A DNA stretch of 64,000 bases from Chiloscyllium plagiosum (GCF_004010195.1 NC_057758.1:7146277-7210276); one strand, 5' to 3'. Counted from the first letter of the stretch, positions 36,223 through 49,824 are shown. Made by a program: numbers and translations. The notes: a model not told the origin generated them from the letters alone.

Positions 36223-38123
36223 TAAATACTGACAAAATGCCTAACACTTCCCTGTAAAAACTGACACATTTCCCTGGACCCGCCTATTAATACCAACACA
36301 CTCCCTTGGACAACCCTTTAAATACTAACACAATCCCTGGCACTCACCCCTGGAATAACTACATACTCCCAGGTACAGTCTCGCAACACCGACACAGTCC
36401 TTGCGACCCACCCTGTAATTACTGACTCACTCCCCACGATTCACCTGTAAATACTGAAACACTCCACGGGAGCCCCATATTAACACTGACAAGCTCCCCG
36501 GAATCCCCACTGCAAAAACTGGTACAATCCACAAGACCACCCAGTAAATACAGACACTTTCCAACGGACATTCCTGTAAATCCTTACACTCTCTATGTGC
36601 CCTCCTCTATAAATACCAACTGTATCTCCGGTAACCCACTGGAAATACTGACACACAGCCTAGGACACCAGTAAATACTGACACATTCCCCGGTACACCT
36701 CTTTTAATGCTGTCACACACCTCAAGAACTCAATTGAAAATACTCACATATCCCCTGTTCCCCTAATAACTCCCGAACACTGCACGGGAATTCACGTCTG
36801 AATACTAACACATACTACGACAATCCTCCATCATCCCCCCCGCCCCTCGTAAATACTGAAAATACCCCGGGGGAAATTTCCTGTAAATGCTGACACATGC
36901 CCCGGTGCACCCCTGTAAATACTGTCACACTGCCCAGGAACATGGATACATTCCCTGGAAACCCCTATAAATACGGACAGCTGCCTGGCAATTTCCCACT
37001 GAATACTGACACACAGTGCATGACAGCACGCCCTGTGAAAACCCGAAAAACCCAGGCAACCTTCCTCTAACACCTGACACACTCCTCGGCGCACACCTTA
37101 AAATGCCATCACAGCGCCCTGGAAACCCTCTGTAAATATTTGCACGCACACCGAAACATGACCCTGTCAATAATGACACACTTCCCGGAAACTACCTGTA
37201 AATAACTACACACTCCCCTGTATATCCCCCGTAAATACTCAAGTACTGACCAGAACCCGTACACACTGACCCCACCCCTGCGCTACATACCAAATTTCTC
37301 CCTCGGACTCCCCTGTCAGTACTGACACACATCATGAGACACACCCATAGACATTGACACAAAACACGATCACACTGTAAATAATGACACTCCCCCCACA
37401 CCCCTGTAAATACTGACACAATACCTGGAAAACATTCTGTTAATACCTACACACTCCCAAAAACACCCAATCCGGACGTGCAGCAGTCTACTCAATAACA
37501 TCTGACACACTCAACATGATCAACACGGAAATACTGACACTTTCCACCTGGACACCACTGTAAATACTGCCATTTATCCCAGTAACGCTCTGCAAATACC
37601 GACACACTCCCTATGACCACCCCGGTAATTTTTGACACACTCCATGGTATCCCCCATAAAAACGAACTCTCTCCTCACAGGAGCCCTGTAAATGCTGACA
37701 CATTCTTCGACCCAGCCTTGTAAATGTTGTCACACTGCACTGTTACCTCCCCCGCCCAAAGACTGACACACTTCCCGTAAATAATGACACATTCCCGGGG
37801 ATCGCCCCTGTACGTCGCGACATACTCCCCTGCACATCCCGCCGTAAATATTGACCTACGCCCTGGAACTCACACTAAATACTGAAACACTCCACGGGAC
37901 CCAACTGTAAATATCAATACAGTCCACGCGACCCCCGTAAACACTGACACATTCCCCAGGACCACCTGTAAATACCGACACTTGCCCCACCACATCCCAA
38001 TAGATACTGACACATACCCCTTTAACACCCTGCAAATACTGAAACACCCCCAGTAAGTAATGACACTCTCCCTGAGACCACGCCTGTAAATACAGACACT
38101 GTCCCTGGGAACCCCGCTGCAAA

Positions 38124-38411
38124 GATTAGATTCCCCTACAGTGTCGAAACAGACCCTTCTGCTCAACAAGTCTGCACTAACCAGCCAGATCCATTTCCCT
38201 CTGACTAATGCGCCTTAAACTACTGGCAATTTACCTTGGCCAATCCAACAATCCTTTACATGTTTGTACGGAGGGAGGGAACTGGAGCACCCGGAGGAAA
38301 CCTACTCAGACACGGAGAGAATGTAGAAACTACACACGCAGTCAGGATTCGGACCTGTGTCACTGGCCCTGTGAGGCGGCATTGCTAATCACTGAGCCAT
38401 CTTGCCGCCCC
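38124..38411 (-). mobile_element. tRNA-derived SINE (HE1-like)
   Basis: Paralogue of 14940-15227. Confidence 0.85.
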
Positions 38412-38620
38412 AAATATTGCCATTTTCCTCAAGAACCACTATAAATTCCGATACTCTCCTCTGAATCCTCTGCAAATACTGACACACTCACCGAGAAGAT
38501 ACCAGTAAGTTCTAACACACTTCCTGTTACGATCCTGTGAATACTGACACACTCTCCGGGATCCCCCTGTGAATAACGAAACATTACATGGGACACCCCC
38601 TGTAAATACAGACGATCTCC

Positions 38621-39460
38621 TCTATATTGGGGAGACAGGCCGCCTACTTGCGGAGCGCTCCTCTATATTGGGGAGACAGGCCGCCTACTTGCGGAGCGAT
38701 TCAGAGAGCACCTCTGGGCCACCCGGACGAACCAACCCAATCACCCTGTAGCACAGCATTTCAACTCCCCCTCCCACCCCAGCGAGGATATGCAGGTCAT
38801 TGGACTCATCCACCGCCAAACCACAACAACGCGACGGTCGGAGGAGGAGCGTCTTATCTTCCGACTGGGAACACTCCAACCACAGGGGATGAACTTGGAC
38901 TTCACCAGTTTCTTCATCCCCCCTCCCCCCACCTTGTCTCAGCCGAATCCCTCCAGCCCGGCACCGCCTTCCTGACCTGCAGTCTTCTTCTTGACCTCTC
39001 CGCCTCCATCCTACTCCGACCTATCACCCTCACCTTGACCTCTTTCCACCTATCACATTCCCAACGCCCCTCCTCCAAGTCCCTCCTCCCTACCTTTTAT
39101 CTTCTCCTGCTGAACACTCTCTGCTCATTCCTGAAGAAGGGCATGTGCCCGAAACGACGAATCTTCTGTTCCCTAGATGCTGCCTGACCTGCTGTGCAGC
39201 AATAAAGTTTCAGCTTTGATCTCCAGCGTCTGCAGACCTCACTTTCTCCTCGAAGATTTCAACCTACTGCGAATCCTCTTACAAGGATGCCTTCCTTGAA
39301 GAAGCTCTCTGTGCTGAACACTCTCTGCTCATTCCTGAAGAAGGGCATGTGCCCGAAACGTCGAATCTTCTGTTCCCTAGATGCTGCCTGACCTGCTGTG
39401 CTGTTCCAGCAATAAAGTTTCAGCTTTGATCTCCAGCGTCTGCAGACCTCACTTTCTCCT
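38621..39460 (+). mobile_element. Young Penelope-like insertion: GIY-YIG 3' fragment plus tandem terminal repeats, 8-bp TSD
   Basis: LYIGETGRLLAERFREH..PVAQHFN..MQVIGL..RRSEEERLIFRLGTLQPQGMNLDF. CGATCTCC at 38613-38620 and 39461-39468. The site is empty in unit 1 (about 15395). Confidence 0.9.
39331..39366 (+). ncRNA. Putative minimal type I hammerhead ribozyme (intact core)
   Basis: AUUC-CUGAAGA-A-GGGC-AUGU-GCCC-GAAA-C-GUC-GAAU, with stem I AUUC/GAAU, stem II GGGC/GCCC and predicted cut after 39362. Confidence 0.72.
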
Positions 39461-41496
39461 CGATCTCCCATTGAACCCTCCTGTAACTACTGGCACACCC
39501 CACGGAAACACTCATGTATAAGCCGACACAATCCACTGCGACATCCCTGTAAAAAAACAAACACAAACCCCAGTAACCCTTGTAGATACAGACAAACTCG
39601 CCGGGAACCCACACTCCGTAAATACTGATGCACTCATCGGGACACCCTTATAAATACTGATACTCTACTCTGGAACCCACTATAAATACTAACAACACAC
39701 AGCACAAGTGTCCACTGTGAATACTGACACACTCGCTGGGCGTCCCCTGTAAAAAATGATACATTCTACGGGAGGGCCCTGTAAATACAGAAATACTCCT
39801 CGGGAGACCTCCTGTAAATACTGGCACAGTCCATGGGAGCACCGTGTAACTACTGACATACTCCCCAGGACACCCCTGTAAACACTGACACGCACCACAG
39901 GACCACACTGTAACTGGTGACACACACCCCGCATACCCCCTTTAAATACCAATGCACTCCCTGGCGCCAAGCCTTGTAGATACTGACACACTACACGGTA
40001 TCACCCCCCTCCCCCCCATAATTACTAATACTCACCTTGGGAAATACCTGTCAATACAGACATACTCCCTGGTATCTCCCAGCAAATCACAGCACACTAC
40101 CCGGGATGCTGTATGTAAATAGAGACACTCTCTGCGAAGCCCCCTGTAAATGTCAACACACTTGCAAATAAGGACATCCTTACTGGGACCCCCTGTAAAT
40201 ACTCACACAGTCCCTAGGTTTTGTCCTGTAAATACTGAAACACTCCACAGCACACCACCTGTAAATACTGACACACTTCCGAGGAGCCTCCTGTGAATCC
40301 TGGCAAACTCCCCAACATCCCCCTGGAAATAACAATACACTGCCTGGGACCCCCTCCACGCCCAATAAATGCAGGCACTCTCCCCGGGACCCCTCTCTAA
40401 ATAGGGACAATATTCAGGACGTAACCCCGTAAATACCGACTCAACCCCAGGGACACCCCTTCTAAATACCGACACACTTGCCGGGACAAACCTGTAAATC
40501 CTGGCACACTCCCCGGGACGCCCCTGCAAATAATGACACACTGCATGGGACCCCCTCTGTAAATACAGACACTCTACCCGGGAACCCCCTTTAAATACCG
40601 ACACTCTCCCAGGACACAACCGCTGTAAATGCCAACTCAACCGCAGGGACACCCCCCTGTAAATACCAACACAGTCCCCAGGACCAACCTGTCAATACTA
40701 ACACGCTTCCTGGGACCCCAATGTAAATACTGGCATGCTCCACTTGACGCCCCTGTAAATACCGACAGACTCCCCAGGTCTCCCTGATAATACCGACACA
40801 CTCCTCGGGACCGCCTCTGTAAATATTGACACATTACACGGGATCCCTCATGAAAATATCGACAGGCTCTGCACCACACCGCAGTAAATACTGAAACACA
40901 CCCCGGGAGCACTCTGTAAATAGTGACCAACTCCCTGAGGCCATCCTGAAAATTCTGACACACTCCCTGGAACCCCACTTGAATACTGGTACTCTCCCTG
41001 GGAACCACCTGCAAATACTACCACATTCCCCAGGACCGTCTTGCAAATACCAACACACTCCCCGGGGCACCCTGTCTCTATCGACACACTTTCCAGGACC
41101 CCGCTGTTAACACCGACACACTCTCCAGGGCCCCACGTAAATAAAAACACAGTCCCCAGGACCCACTTGAAATACTGACACACTCCCCGGAACCCCCCTA
41201 TAAATGCCGACTATGTCCTCAGTACCCCACAATAAATACAAACACACTGCATGGTACCGCCTTTTAAATGCTGACTCATTCCCAGGCACCCCCTGGTAAA
41301 TACCAACACACTCCCTCGAACACCCTGTATTTCTCAACACTCTACCCGGGACCTCCCTGTAAATATTGACACACTCCCTGGTATCCTCCTGTTAATAATG
41401 ACACACTCTCTGGGACGCTCGCTGTAAATGCAGACACTCTCCCTGGGACATCCCTGCAAATACCGACAAACTCCACAGGACTTCCCTATAAACATC

Positions 41497-41817
41497 AGAT
41501 TAGATTCTCCACCATGTGGAAACAGGCCTTTCAGCCCAACAGGTCCACACCGCTCCTCCAAAGTGAAACCCACGCAAACCCATTTCCCTACCCGATATTC
41601 ACCCCTGACTAACGCATCTAACTCTGTGGGCACTTCAGCCTGGCCAATTCACCTGAGCTGCACATCTTTGAATTGTGGGAGGTAACCGGAGCACTCGGAG
41701 GACACACACACAGACACAGGGAGAATGTACAAACTCCACACAGACAGGCAGGAATCAAAAGAAAGGACCCTGGTGCTGTGAGGCAGCAGTGCTAAACACT
41801 GAGCCACCGTGCCGCCC
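41497..41817 (-). mobile_element. tRNA-derived SINE (HE1-like)
   Basis: Single paralogue of the two SINEs at 17163 and 18045. Confidence 0.88.
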
Positions 41818-42529
41818 AATATTGACACACATTGGGATCCTCTCTAAATACTGACATGCTCCCCGGACACAACTGTAAATACCGTCACATTGCGCGGGAA
41901 CTCCACTGTAAATGCTTCACACTTCCCAGGACTCCCCTGTAAATGCTGAAAACAGCCCAGGAAATTCGTGTGCATAATGACCACCATGGAAAAACTGACA
42001 ATCTCCCTGGGAACATACTGAAAATACCGCTGCTCTCCCCTGGACCACCCACATAAATTTCGATAGTGTCCCCCTCTGCCCCACTGTAAATACTTACATT
42101 CCACACAGGATCCACCTATAAATACCGACAGTTTCCTCGGAAACCCGTGTCAGTAATAACACACTTCCTGTCAGTCACTTGCTAATGTCGATACTCTCCC
42201 GGAGCATACCCCCTGTAAAAACTGACACACTCGCGAGAAGCCACACTCCCTGGGAACCCCTGCACATGCTTATACTCTTCGCAGAAACCCCCTGTAAATA
42301 CCAGTACACTCCCCGGGACACAGCGCTTACATGCCATCACGTTCCCCAGACACCCCGTAATCACTGACACTCTCCAGGACGCCCTGTAACTCCCAAAACA
42401 CTCACCAGGAGACCCTGTATACGACGACACACGCGTCAGAACACACCTGTAAATATTGGCACACTTCCAAGAACCCTTCTGTAAATATTGATACAGTCCC
42501 CAGGAATCCCCGTTAAAATGTAATACACT

Positions 42530-43980
42530 CCCGTCCCACTCTGCCTCATCCTCTCTCTCTAAGACACCTCTCTCTGTCTCTCTCTTCCACCCGCCCCGTC
42601 CCTATTTCACTCTTTACCTCCCCACTTTCTGTCTGTCGAACCCACTCACACACTCTCTCTCTACGACCTCCCACTCTCTGTCCCTACATCATCCCAATCT
42701 CTCCCTACGCTCTCTCTCTACCCCACTATCTTTACCCCTCCCTCTCTCGCTGCAAGCATCTCCCACTCTCCCCTTCTCTCTTGCTGTACCCGTCCCACTA
42801 TCTCTGCCCTCCTGCCAATCTATCTCTCCACAACCTCCCACTCTGCCTCTCTCTACACCCTCCCTCTGTTTCTCTCCACACTCCAATTCTCACTCTGTAT
42901 GTATACTCCCCTCTCTCTCCCCCCCTCCACCCTCTCTCTACGCTCCCCCACCCTNNNNNNNNNNNNNNNNNNNNNNNNNNNNNNNNNNNNNNNNNNNNNN
43001 NNNNNNNNNNNNNNNNNNNNNNNNNNNNNNNNNNNNNNNNNNNNNNNNNNNNNNNNNNNNNNNNNNNNNNNNNNNNNNNNNNNNNNNNNNNNNNNNNNNN
43101 NNNNNNNNNNNNNNNNNNNNNNNNNNNNNNNNNNNNNNNNNNNNNNNNNNTCCCACTCTTTCTATCTGCCTCCCTCCCACACTCTCTCTCCTCCCGCCTC
43201 GCACTCTGTTTCTATCTACACCTTCCCACTCTCTCTACCACACCAACTGTCTCTCTTTCTATCTCTATCCCATTCCCTCTATGTCTCGCCACTCCCTTAC
43301 TCTGTCGTTTTCTCAATCTTCCCTCCTCCCATTCTCTCTGTCTACCCCCACCCCCTTCTCCCTCTCTCTCTTTACCCCTTCCCACTCAGTCACTCCACCC
43401 CCTCCAATTCTCTCAGCCCTCTCCATCTCTCTCTCTGTCTCTCTAATCCGCTCCCTTTTTATCTTTCTCCTACTCTCTGTCTCCTTCCCTTTCCATCTCA
43501 TAGAATTTCGCTTCCTCCCTCTCTATCTGACACACACTCTCTCGCTGGTTCTTCACTCTCCCCCCACTCCAGAGAGTGGGCAGGAGTGGGTCCGGCGGTG
43601 TTAGGGGGTGGTAGCGAGGTTAGCGGGATATGGGTGTTGGGAGCAGGGAGAAAATGGAGGAGAGATGGAAAGGCGGGATGTAGACAGAGGTAGCAGGAGA
43701 GTGAGAGAGAAACAGAGGGAGGGTGAGAAGAGTTGAGACAGGTGGAGCGACGGGGTGAGAGACAGAGAGAGTTGGGGCAAGAGAAACTGAAAAGGAGAAG
43801 AGCAGCGGCAGAGAGATTGAGGAGAAAGAGAGAGGAATGAGGAGGAGTAAGGTGGAGAGAGGAAATAGGGAAAGCGTTCAAGAGAGGGGGTGAGGGGGAG
43901 GAGTGAGAGTGAGGGTTTGAAGTGAGAGAGAAAGAGAAGGATGCGATTGGGTGGAGGTGGAGGAAACGCAGTCGAGAGAT
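42530..43980. repeat. CT-rich tract switching to GA-rich tract at about 43570 (contains a gap)
   Basis: Paralogue of 19085-20760. Confidence 0.9.
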
Positions 43981-44199
43981 GAACTTTTCCGAAGGCCAGG
44001 TGGGAATGGGGGCAACCTAGAGGTGAAAGCAAGGACAGAGGTAGTTACACCCAACTCCTGAGCTCATGTTTCAGTTCTCTCCGTTTCCCTGAGAACCAGG
44101 ACTTGGAGCTGAGCCTGTCTCTCTCCAGCTCAGCTTCTTCAATACAAAGACAAAGAAGAACATCATTGACTGTGCTGATCGTCACATTTAATGAACATT

Positions 44200-44205
44200 T
44201 TTATT
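44200..44205 (-). terminator. Candidate polyadenylation signal of GPCR copy 2
   Basis: Minus-strand AATAAA about 230 nt after the stop, conserved between paralogues. Confidence 0.55.
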
Positions 44206-44435
44206 GTTTTAAACTGAAGTAATTGATGCAGTCAGTGCAATTGTGCCTTTTCTCACTGGCCACTGAGTTGTGAGAAACATTAAAATAAGTCCCCGTGTCC
44301 CTTTAACCACACCCCCACCCTCACCCGTGGGATAAGGATGGAGAAACCAACGCTACGCTCAGTCTGTTACAATAAGAATAGGCTGCTCCATCGCTGAAAC
44401 ACTGAACTGAAATGAGAAAATCCCGGATGGATTGA

Positions 44436-45343
44436 TTAATGAGTGAATTTACTTGATTGGTTAATTTGGGTGAAGGGGTATTTCAGCACATTCTTCAGCT
44501 GCTGTCTGAACTTAGTCTGGGTCACGGCATAAATCGCGGTGTTTGTGCAGCAACTGAGGAGCTGCAGCATGAAGCCCAATTCCTGAATGAAAGGATGGAG
44601 TAGCACAGGAGTATCCACAATCCAATATATTCGGCTCCATATAGAATACATCATTAACGTTGACCATAACAGGATGAAATTGGCCGAGATCACAAACAAT
44701 AAAATGATGGAAATCTTTCGGTTTTTCATTTCAGTGTCAGACTGAGCATCCCCATTGATGTGAGCCAGGAGTCTCCTGCGGGCTCTGCTGGTGAATAAAA
44801 TATATCTGACAGTAAATACATTGAGCAGCAGAATCAGGAGAAATGGGAGAGCCGGGGTGAGAATTTGGTGGAGGAACTCATTTGTGACCCAGAAACTGGA
44901 GGAATGAGCGCCGTCTATTGCAACACAAAACCAGGGGTTATTTCCCAGCCGATACCGAGCGGTGAGCAAAAAATACCAGAAAATGTTCTTTGAGCAGCTC
45001 AGCACGGTCACTGCTCCCAGAACCACAGCCGCCGTTTTCTCACAACAATATTTACATTTCAGCTTTTGGCAACAAATGGCCACAAACCGATCAAAGGTGA
45101 AAGTGACGGTGAACCAGACAGAACAGTCAGTGGCTGCATAAAGCAGGACGGCGTGGACATTACACACATGGATGGAGTACAGGAAATAAAACTTTGTCCG
45201 ATAAGCAATGGGAATGTGTCTCAATATCAGGTCGAGGATAATAACCAGTAGATCCGCCGCTGCCATCGACCCCAAGTAACGTCTGACACATGGAGACAAT
45301 CCACAATCTTTATATAGCAAGACATAGTTCGTCACTATGTTAA
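44436..45343 (-). CDS. Class A (rhodopsin-like) orphan GPCR, GPR139/GPR142-like; last coding exon (end of TM1 to C-terminus), first exon not located
   Basis: Open frame of 301 codons plus stop after the acceptor TTTTCTTTTCTCACAG|TTAAC (phase 1). Motifs: VNIVT, YLGSMAAADLL, C..AATDCSVWFTVTFTFDRFVAIC, ECL2 Cys, PALPFLLILLLN, LFVISANFILLW and SCCTNTAIYAVTQTKFR. Confidence 0.9.
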
Positions 45344-45934
45344 CTGTGAGAAAAGAAAAGAAATATATTATCCATCTGCCTGGAGGCAAAGTCACCAGTT
45401 TGATTGAAGAGACAGTGAGATTTTTCAAATGTGTCACTGCATTCAGTGATTAACTAAAATAATTGGAGCTGAAATAACAAATGGGAAAGTCTGTATTATG
45501 GACAAAAATGTGTCATAGAACGCATGAAACCCTCTCTCCCCAAACGCACAGAGGCACATCCATAAGAACAGGTGGTCTCCAGAACATTCCCACACACTCG
45601 ATCACTCCAGAGCAGACCCAAGTCACTGGTTCCAGATCCGAATACAGAGTTTATAAACGGTGCTGTCCTCAAGGATTCTCTCTCAGTTCCTTGAAGACAA
45701 CCGGAGGTTGGAAATTTCTGTCTTTAAGTCTAAACTGTATTTGATCCAAGTGAAGAAATGGAAATGCAATGAAAACTTATTCACATCGTTAACTGTCTGA
45801 GATGACTTTGGAACAGAGTCTCCTTCTCTGTGGAACGGGATCTCTTCCCTCTGGATCTTATCTTTTGTTCAATTCATTGACGTTTGGCCGTTCACAAATA
45901 ATGTCAGAGATGGAATGGCCCAGAGAATGTACGG

Positions 45935-46140
45935 GGAGTAAGTGAGGACTGCAGATGCTGGAGACCAGAGTTGAAAAGTGTGGTGCTGGAAAAGCGAAGC
46001 AGGCCAGGAAGCATCTGAGAAGCAGGAGAATCGACATTTCGGGCATAAGCCCTTGTTCAGGCTTATACCCGAAACGTCGATTCTACTGCTCCTCGGATGC
46101 TGCCTGGCCTGCTGCGCTTTTCCAGCACCACACTTTTCTA
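45935..46140. mobile_element. Fold-back Penelope-terminal-repeat element (family A)
   Basis: Paralogue of 22736-22940, flanked by AGAATGTACGG. Confidence 0.8.
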
Positions 46141-46384
46141 CTGTAGAATGTACGGTACAGAATGATCTGGGGATGTGTATTGTAGAATGTTGGGTACAGA
46201 ATGTTTCATAACATTTCAGTTATGGATGAGCGGATAGAGAATGTTCTGGGTCATGTCAGTTATAGACTGTTGGATACAGAATGTTCCTGGGAATATCGGT
46301 TATAGAATGTGGGGGACAGAATGTTCCAGCAATGGCATTTATAAATGTTGGGTCGAGAACATTCCTTGAAATCTTCAGTGGATA

Positions 46385-47760
46385 CACCGTCACGATTCCT
46401 CACCTTTTCCTCTGCTGCATCAATGACTAAATCGGTGCAACCTTATGACCCCAAGTGGAGGATGAATAGTTCTTCAACTTCATAAACACATTCCACCCTG
46501 ACCTTAAGGTCACTTGGATCATTTCACTCACCTCACTCCCCTTCATGGACCTCTCCATCTTCATCTCTGGTGACTGACTAACCACGGACATTTACTGCAA
46601 GTCCACCAATTCCCAGAGATACCTGTACGACATCTCCTTCCACACTGTCTCCTGTAAAAACGCTATTCCTTATTCCTAATTCCTCAGCCTCCTCCACACA
46701 TGCTTCCAGGTTGACGAATTCAACGTTATATAATCTCAAATTGACTCCTTCTTCCTTGACGACAAATACCTTTCCCACGTGGTCGACGATGCCATCCAGC
46801 GCATCTCCTCCATTTCCCATACCTCCCCACTTGAACACCACCGCTCCAAACGAAATAAGGACAGAAACCCGCAGTCTACACCTTCCAGCTCACCGACCAA
46901 CAGATACTTCGCCTCATACTCAGCCACTTCCGCTACCTGCAAACCCCACTGCCAGAGATATATTTCCTCCATGCAGCTATCAGTGTTCCCTCGAGAACAT
47001 TCCCTCCATGAATCTCTTGTCAGATCCACGCCAATCCACCAGTCCACACCCCATTCCCGACACCTTCCCCTGTCAACGCAGGAAGTGAAAAACCTGCGCC
47101 ATCACCTCTCCCCTCACCTCTGTCCAAGGCCACAAAGATTCCTTCCACATCGGACAGAAATTTACCTGAACTTCAGCAAATCGCATTCTCTGCATAAGTT
47201 GCACACAAAGTGGTCTCCTGTACATCCGGGAGACATGATGCCATCTTCTGGATCCTTTCAGAGAAAGTCTTTGGAACACCCGCACGAACTAACTCCATCG
47301 TCCAGTAGCTGAACACTTCAACTATCCCTCCCACTCCATCAAGGAAAATTGAGGTTCTGGGCCTCCTCCAATCACCAACCCCTAACCACCCGATGCCTGG
47401 AGGAAGAACTGCCTTAGGACCTGCAACCACATACGTTCAATGTGGATTTCAACAGATTCCTCATTTCACCTCCCCTTGGATTTATCCTAGATCCAACCCT
47501 ACAAATCAGCACCGCCCTCCTAACTTATCGATCACCTTTCCCATCTATCTGCTCCATCCTCCTCTCCAACCTGTCATCAAAACTCCCGCATTCATCGCCT
47601 ATCGTATTCACAGCTACCTTCTCCCCAACGCCACTCCCTCCCATTTATACACTAACACCACGACCCGCAAGCACTAATCCTGATTAAGGGCTTATGCCAG
47701 AAACGTCAATTCTGCTGCTCCTCGGATGCAGCCTGACCTGCTTTGCTGTTCCATCGTCAT
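46385..47760 (+). mobile_element. Penelope-like retroelement remnant
   Basis: Paralogue of 23185-24560 (LPFMDL, CKNAIPYS, TFPCQRRK). Confidence 0.85.
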
Positions 47761-48309
47761 AATCGCAGAATGAGACCTGATGAATAATATTTCATGAAGC
47801 CCCATTACCACCCCGGGTATACCCTGTCACACCATCACCGTGGAATACATTTGGAAAATGAGTTACCCTGGAATTACACAACATTTATTTTAGAATCTGG
47901 GAAATCTCGTGGTAACAGGTCAAAGTTGCTCAAGAAAATCGCTTGATGATGTACGTCTACTTCCCTCCTCACCACCCCTCATTGACAAAACAGTTCTCCA
48001 TGACGTTGAAAACAATCGGATGAAGCACTGAGGCAGACAAGGACACAGAATTTACTCTGAGTGTGGGACTAAAAGGTCCATCATCAAGAGTGTCTCTGCA
48101 GGTCCACCAAAGACTGAGCACGGCGAGGCGAGAAATATACAGTAGCCCGAATTTGTGAAGTGATGCTGGAATCAAACATAAGGAATCATTCTCACAAACT
48201 ACTTGTCACAAATGGATGTGTCCCTAACTGTATCTGTAGGATCGGGAAGCATACAGTCCTGAGCGCGAGGACGTCTCAGTCTCATATTGAAGATACCGTC
48301 CACTATATT

Positions 48310-48769
48310 ATGTGGCACTACCTCCTGTGAAGAAGGACATACCTCGAATATATCGAGAAAATATAATGTGGGCATCCATGAGGCACTGTGGGCTGTCGAC
48401 AGCTGCATCATCAACGGTCTTCCATCCATGATATAGTCAGAAATGGGCTGTTCACTGATGGTTCCAAAATATTCAGCACCATTCACAACTATACATATAC
48501 TGAAGCAAGCTATTCAGCACATCAAGAGTATTAAGCAGGATGTGGCACTACCTCCTGTGAAGAAGGACATACCTCGAATATATCGAGAAAATATAATGTG
48601 GGCATCCATGAGGCACTGTGGGCTGTCGACAGCTGCATCATCAACGGTCTTCCATCCATGATATAGTCAGAAATGGGCTGTTCACTGATGGTTCCAAAAT
48701 ATTCAGCACCATTCACAACTATACATATACTGAAGCAAGCTATTCAGCACATCAAGAGTATTAAGCAGG
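48310..48769. repeat. 230-bp tandem duplication
   Basis: 48310-48539 is repeated, apparently identically, at 48540-48769. Single copy in unit 1. Confidence 0.9.
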
Positions 48770-48846
48770 GATAGAATAAGGCCATTCAGCTATTCGAGGC
48801 AGTTTCTCAGCAACGTGAGCAGATCTTTTAATCTCTCATGACTGTT

Positions 48847-49824
48847 CAAGGTTTGGGAGAAGATTTGTAGCTCGGGTGCTCGTTGTTGTGGTTCTGTTCG
48901 CCGAGCTGGGAATTTGTCTTGCAAACCTTTCGTCCCATGTCCAGGTGACATCCTCAGAGCTTGGGGGCCTCCTGTGAAGCGCTTCTGTGCTGTTTCTTCC
49001 GGCATTTATAGTGGCCTGTCTCTGACGCTTCCCGTTGTCAGTTCCAGCTGTCCGCTGTCGTGGCCGGTATATTGGGTCCTGGTCGATGAGTTTGTTGATA
49101 GAGTCTGTGGGTGAGGGCCATGCCTCTGGGAATTCCCTGGCTGTTCTCTGTTTGGCTTGCCTGATAATGGTAGTGTTGTCCCAGTCGAATTCATGTTGCT
49201 TGTCATCTGCGTGTGTGGCTACTAAGGATAGCTGGTCGTGTCGTTTCGTGGCTAGTTGGTGTTCATGGATACGGATTGTTAGCTGTCTTCCTGTTTGTCT
49301 TAAGTAGTGTTTTATTCAGTCCTTGTATGGGATTTTGTACACTACATTTGTTTTGCTCATGTTGGGTATCGGGTCCTTCGTTCTGGTGAGTTGTTGTCTG
49401 AGAGTGGCTGTTGGTTTGTGTGCTGTTATGGACATAGGACAAACAGGGAGACAGCTAACAATCCGTATCCATGAACACCAACTAGCCACGAAACGACACG
49501 ACCAACTACCCTTAGTAGCCACACACACAGATGACAAGCAACATGAATTCGACTGGGACAACACTACCATTATAGGGCAAGCCAAACAGAGAACAGCCAG
49601 GGAATTCCTAGAGGCATGGCCCTCATCCACAGACTCTATCAACAAACACATCGACCTGGACCCAATACACGGCCACGACAGCGGACAGCTGGAACTGACA
49701 ACCGGAAGCGGCAGAGACAGGCCACTATAAATGCCGGAAGAAACAGCACAGAAGCGCTTCACAGGAGGCTCCCAAGCACTGAGGATGTCACATAGATCGG
49801 GGAAGAAACGTTTGCAAGACACAT
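48847..49824. mobile_element. Penelope-like insertion (family C): two inverted GIY-YIG 3' arms, 13-bp TSD
   Basis: Minus arm KDPIPNMSKTNVVYKIP..QTGRQL and plus arm IGQTGRQLTIRIHEH..FDWDNTTII..AREFLEAW, joined at about 49430. TCTCATGACTGTT at 48834-48846 and 49825-49837. The site is empty in unit 1 (about 25399). Confidence 0.9.

Larger units (their letters stand above)
35061..42530. repeat. Degenerate ~33-bp satellite array, copy 2
   Basis: Same core motif, with unit variants colinear with 12057-19085. Confidence 0.92.

Noticed and set aside
45344..45437. N-terminal 31 aa of the 333-aa GPCR ORF as real coding sequence
   Set aside because: It starts at GTG, contains a canonical splice acceptor, and lacks a proper TM1.
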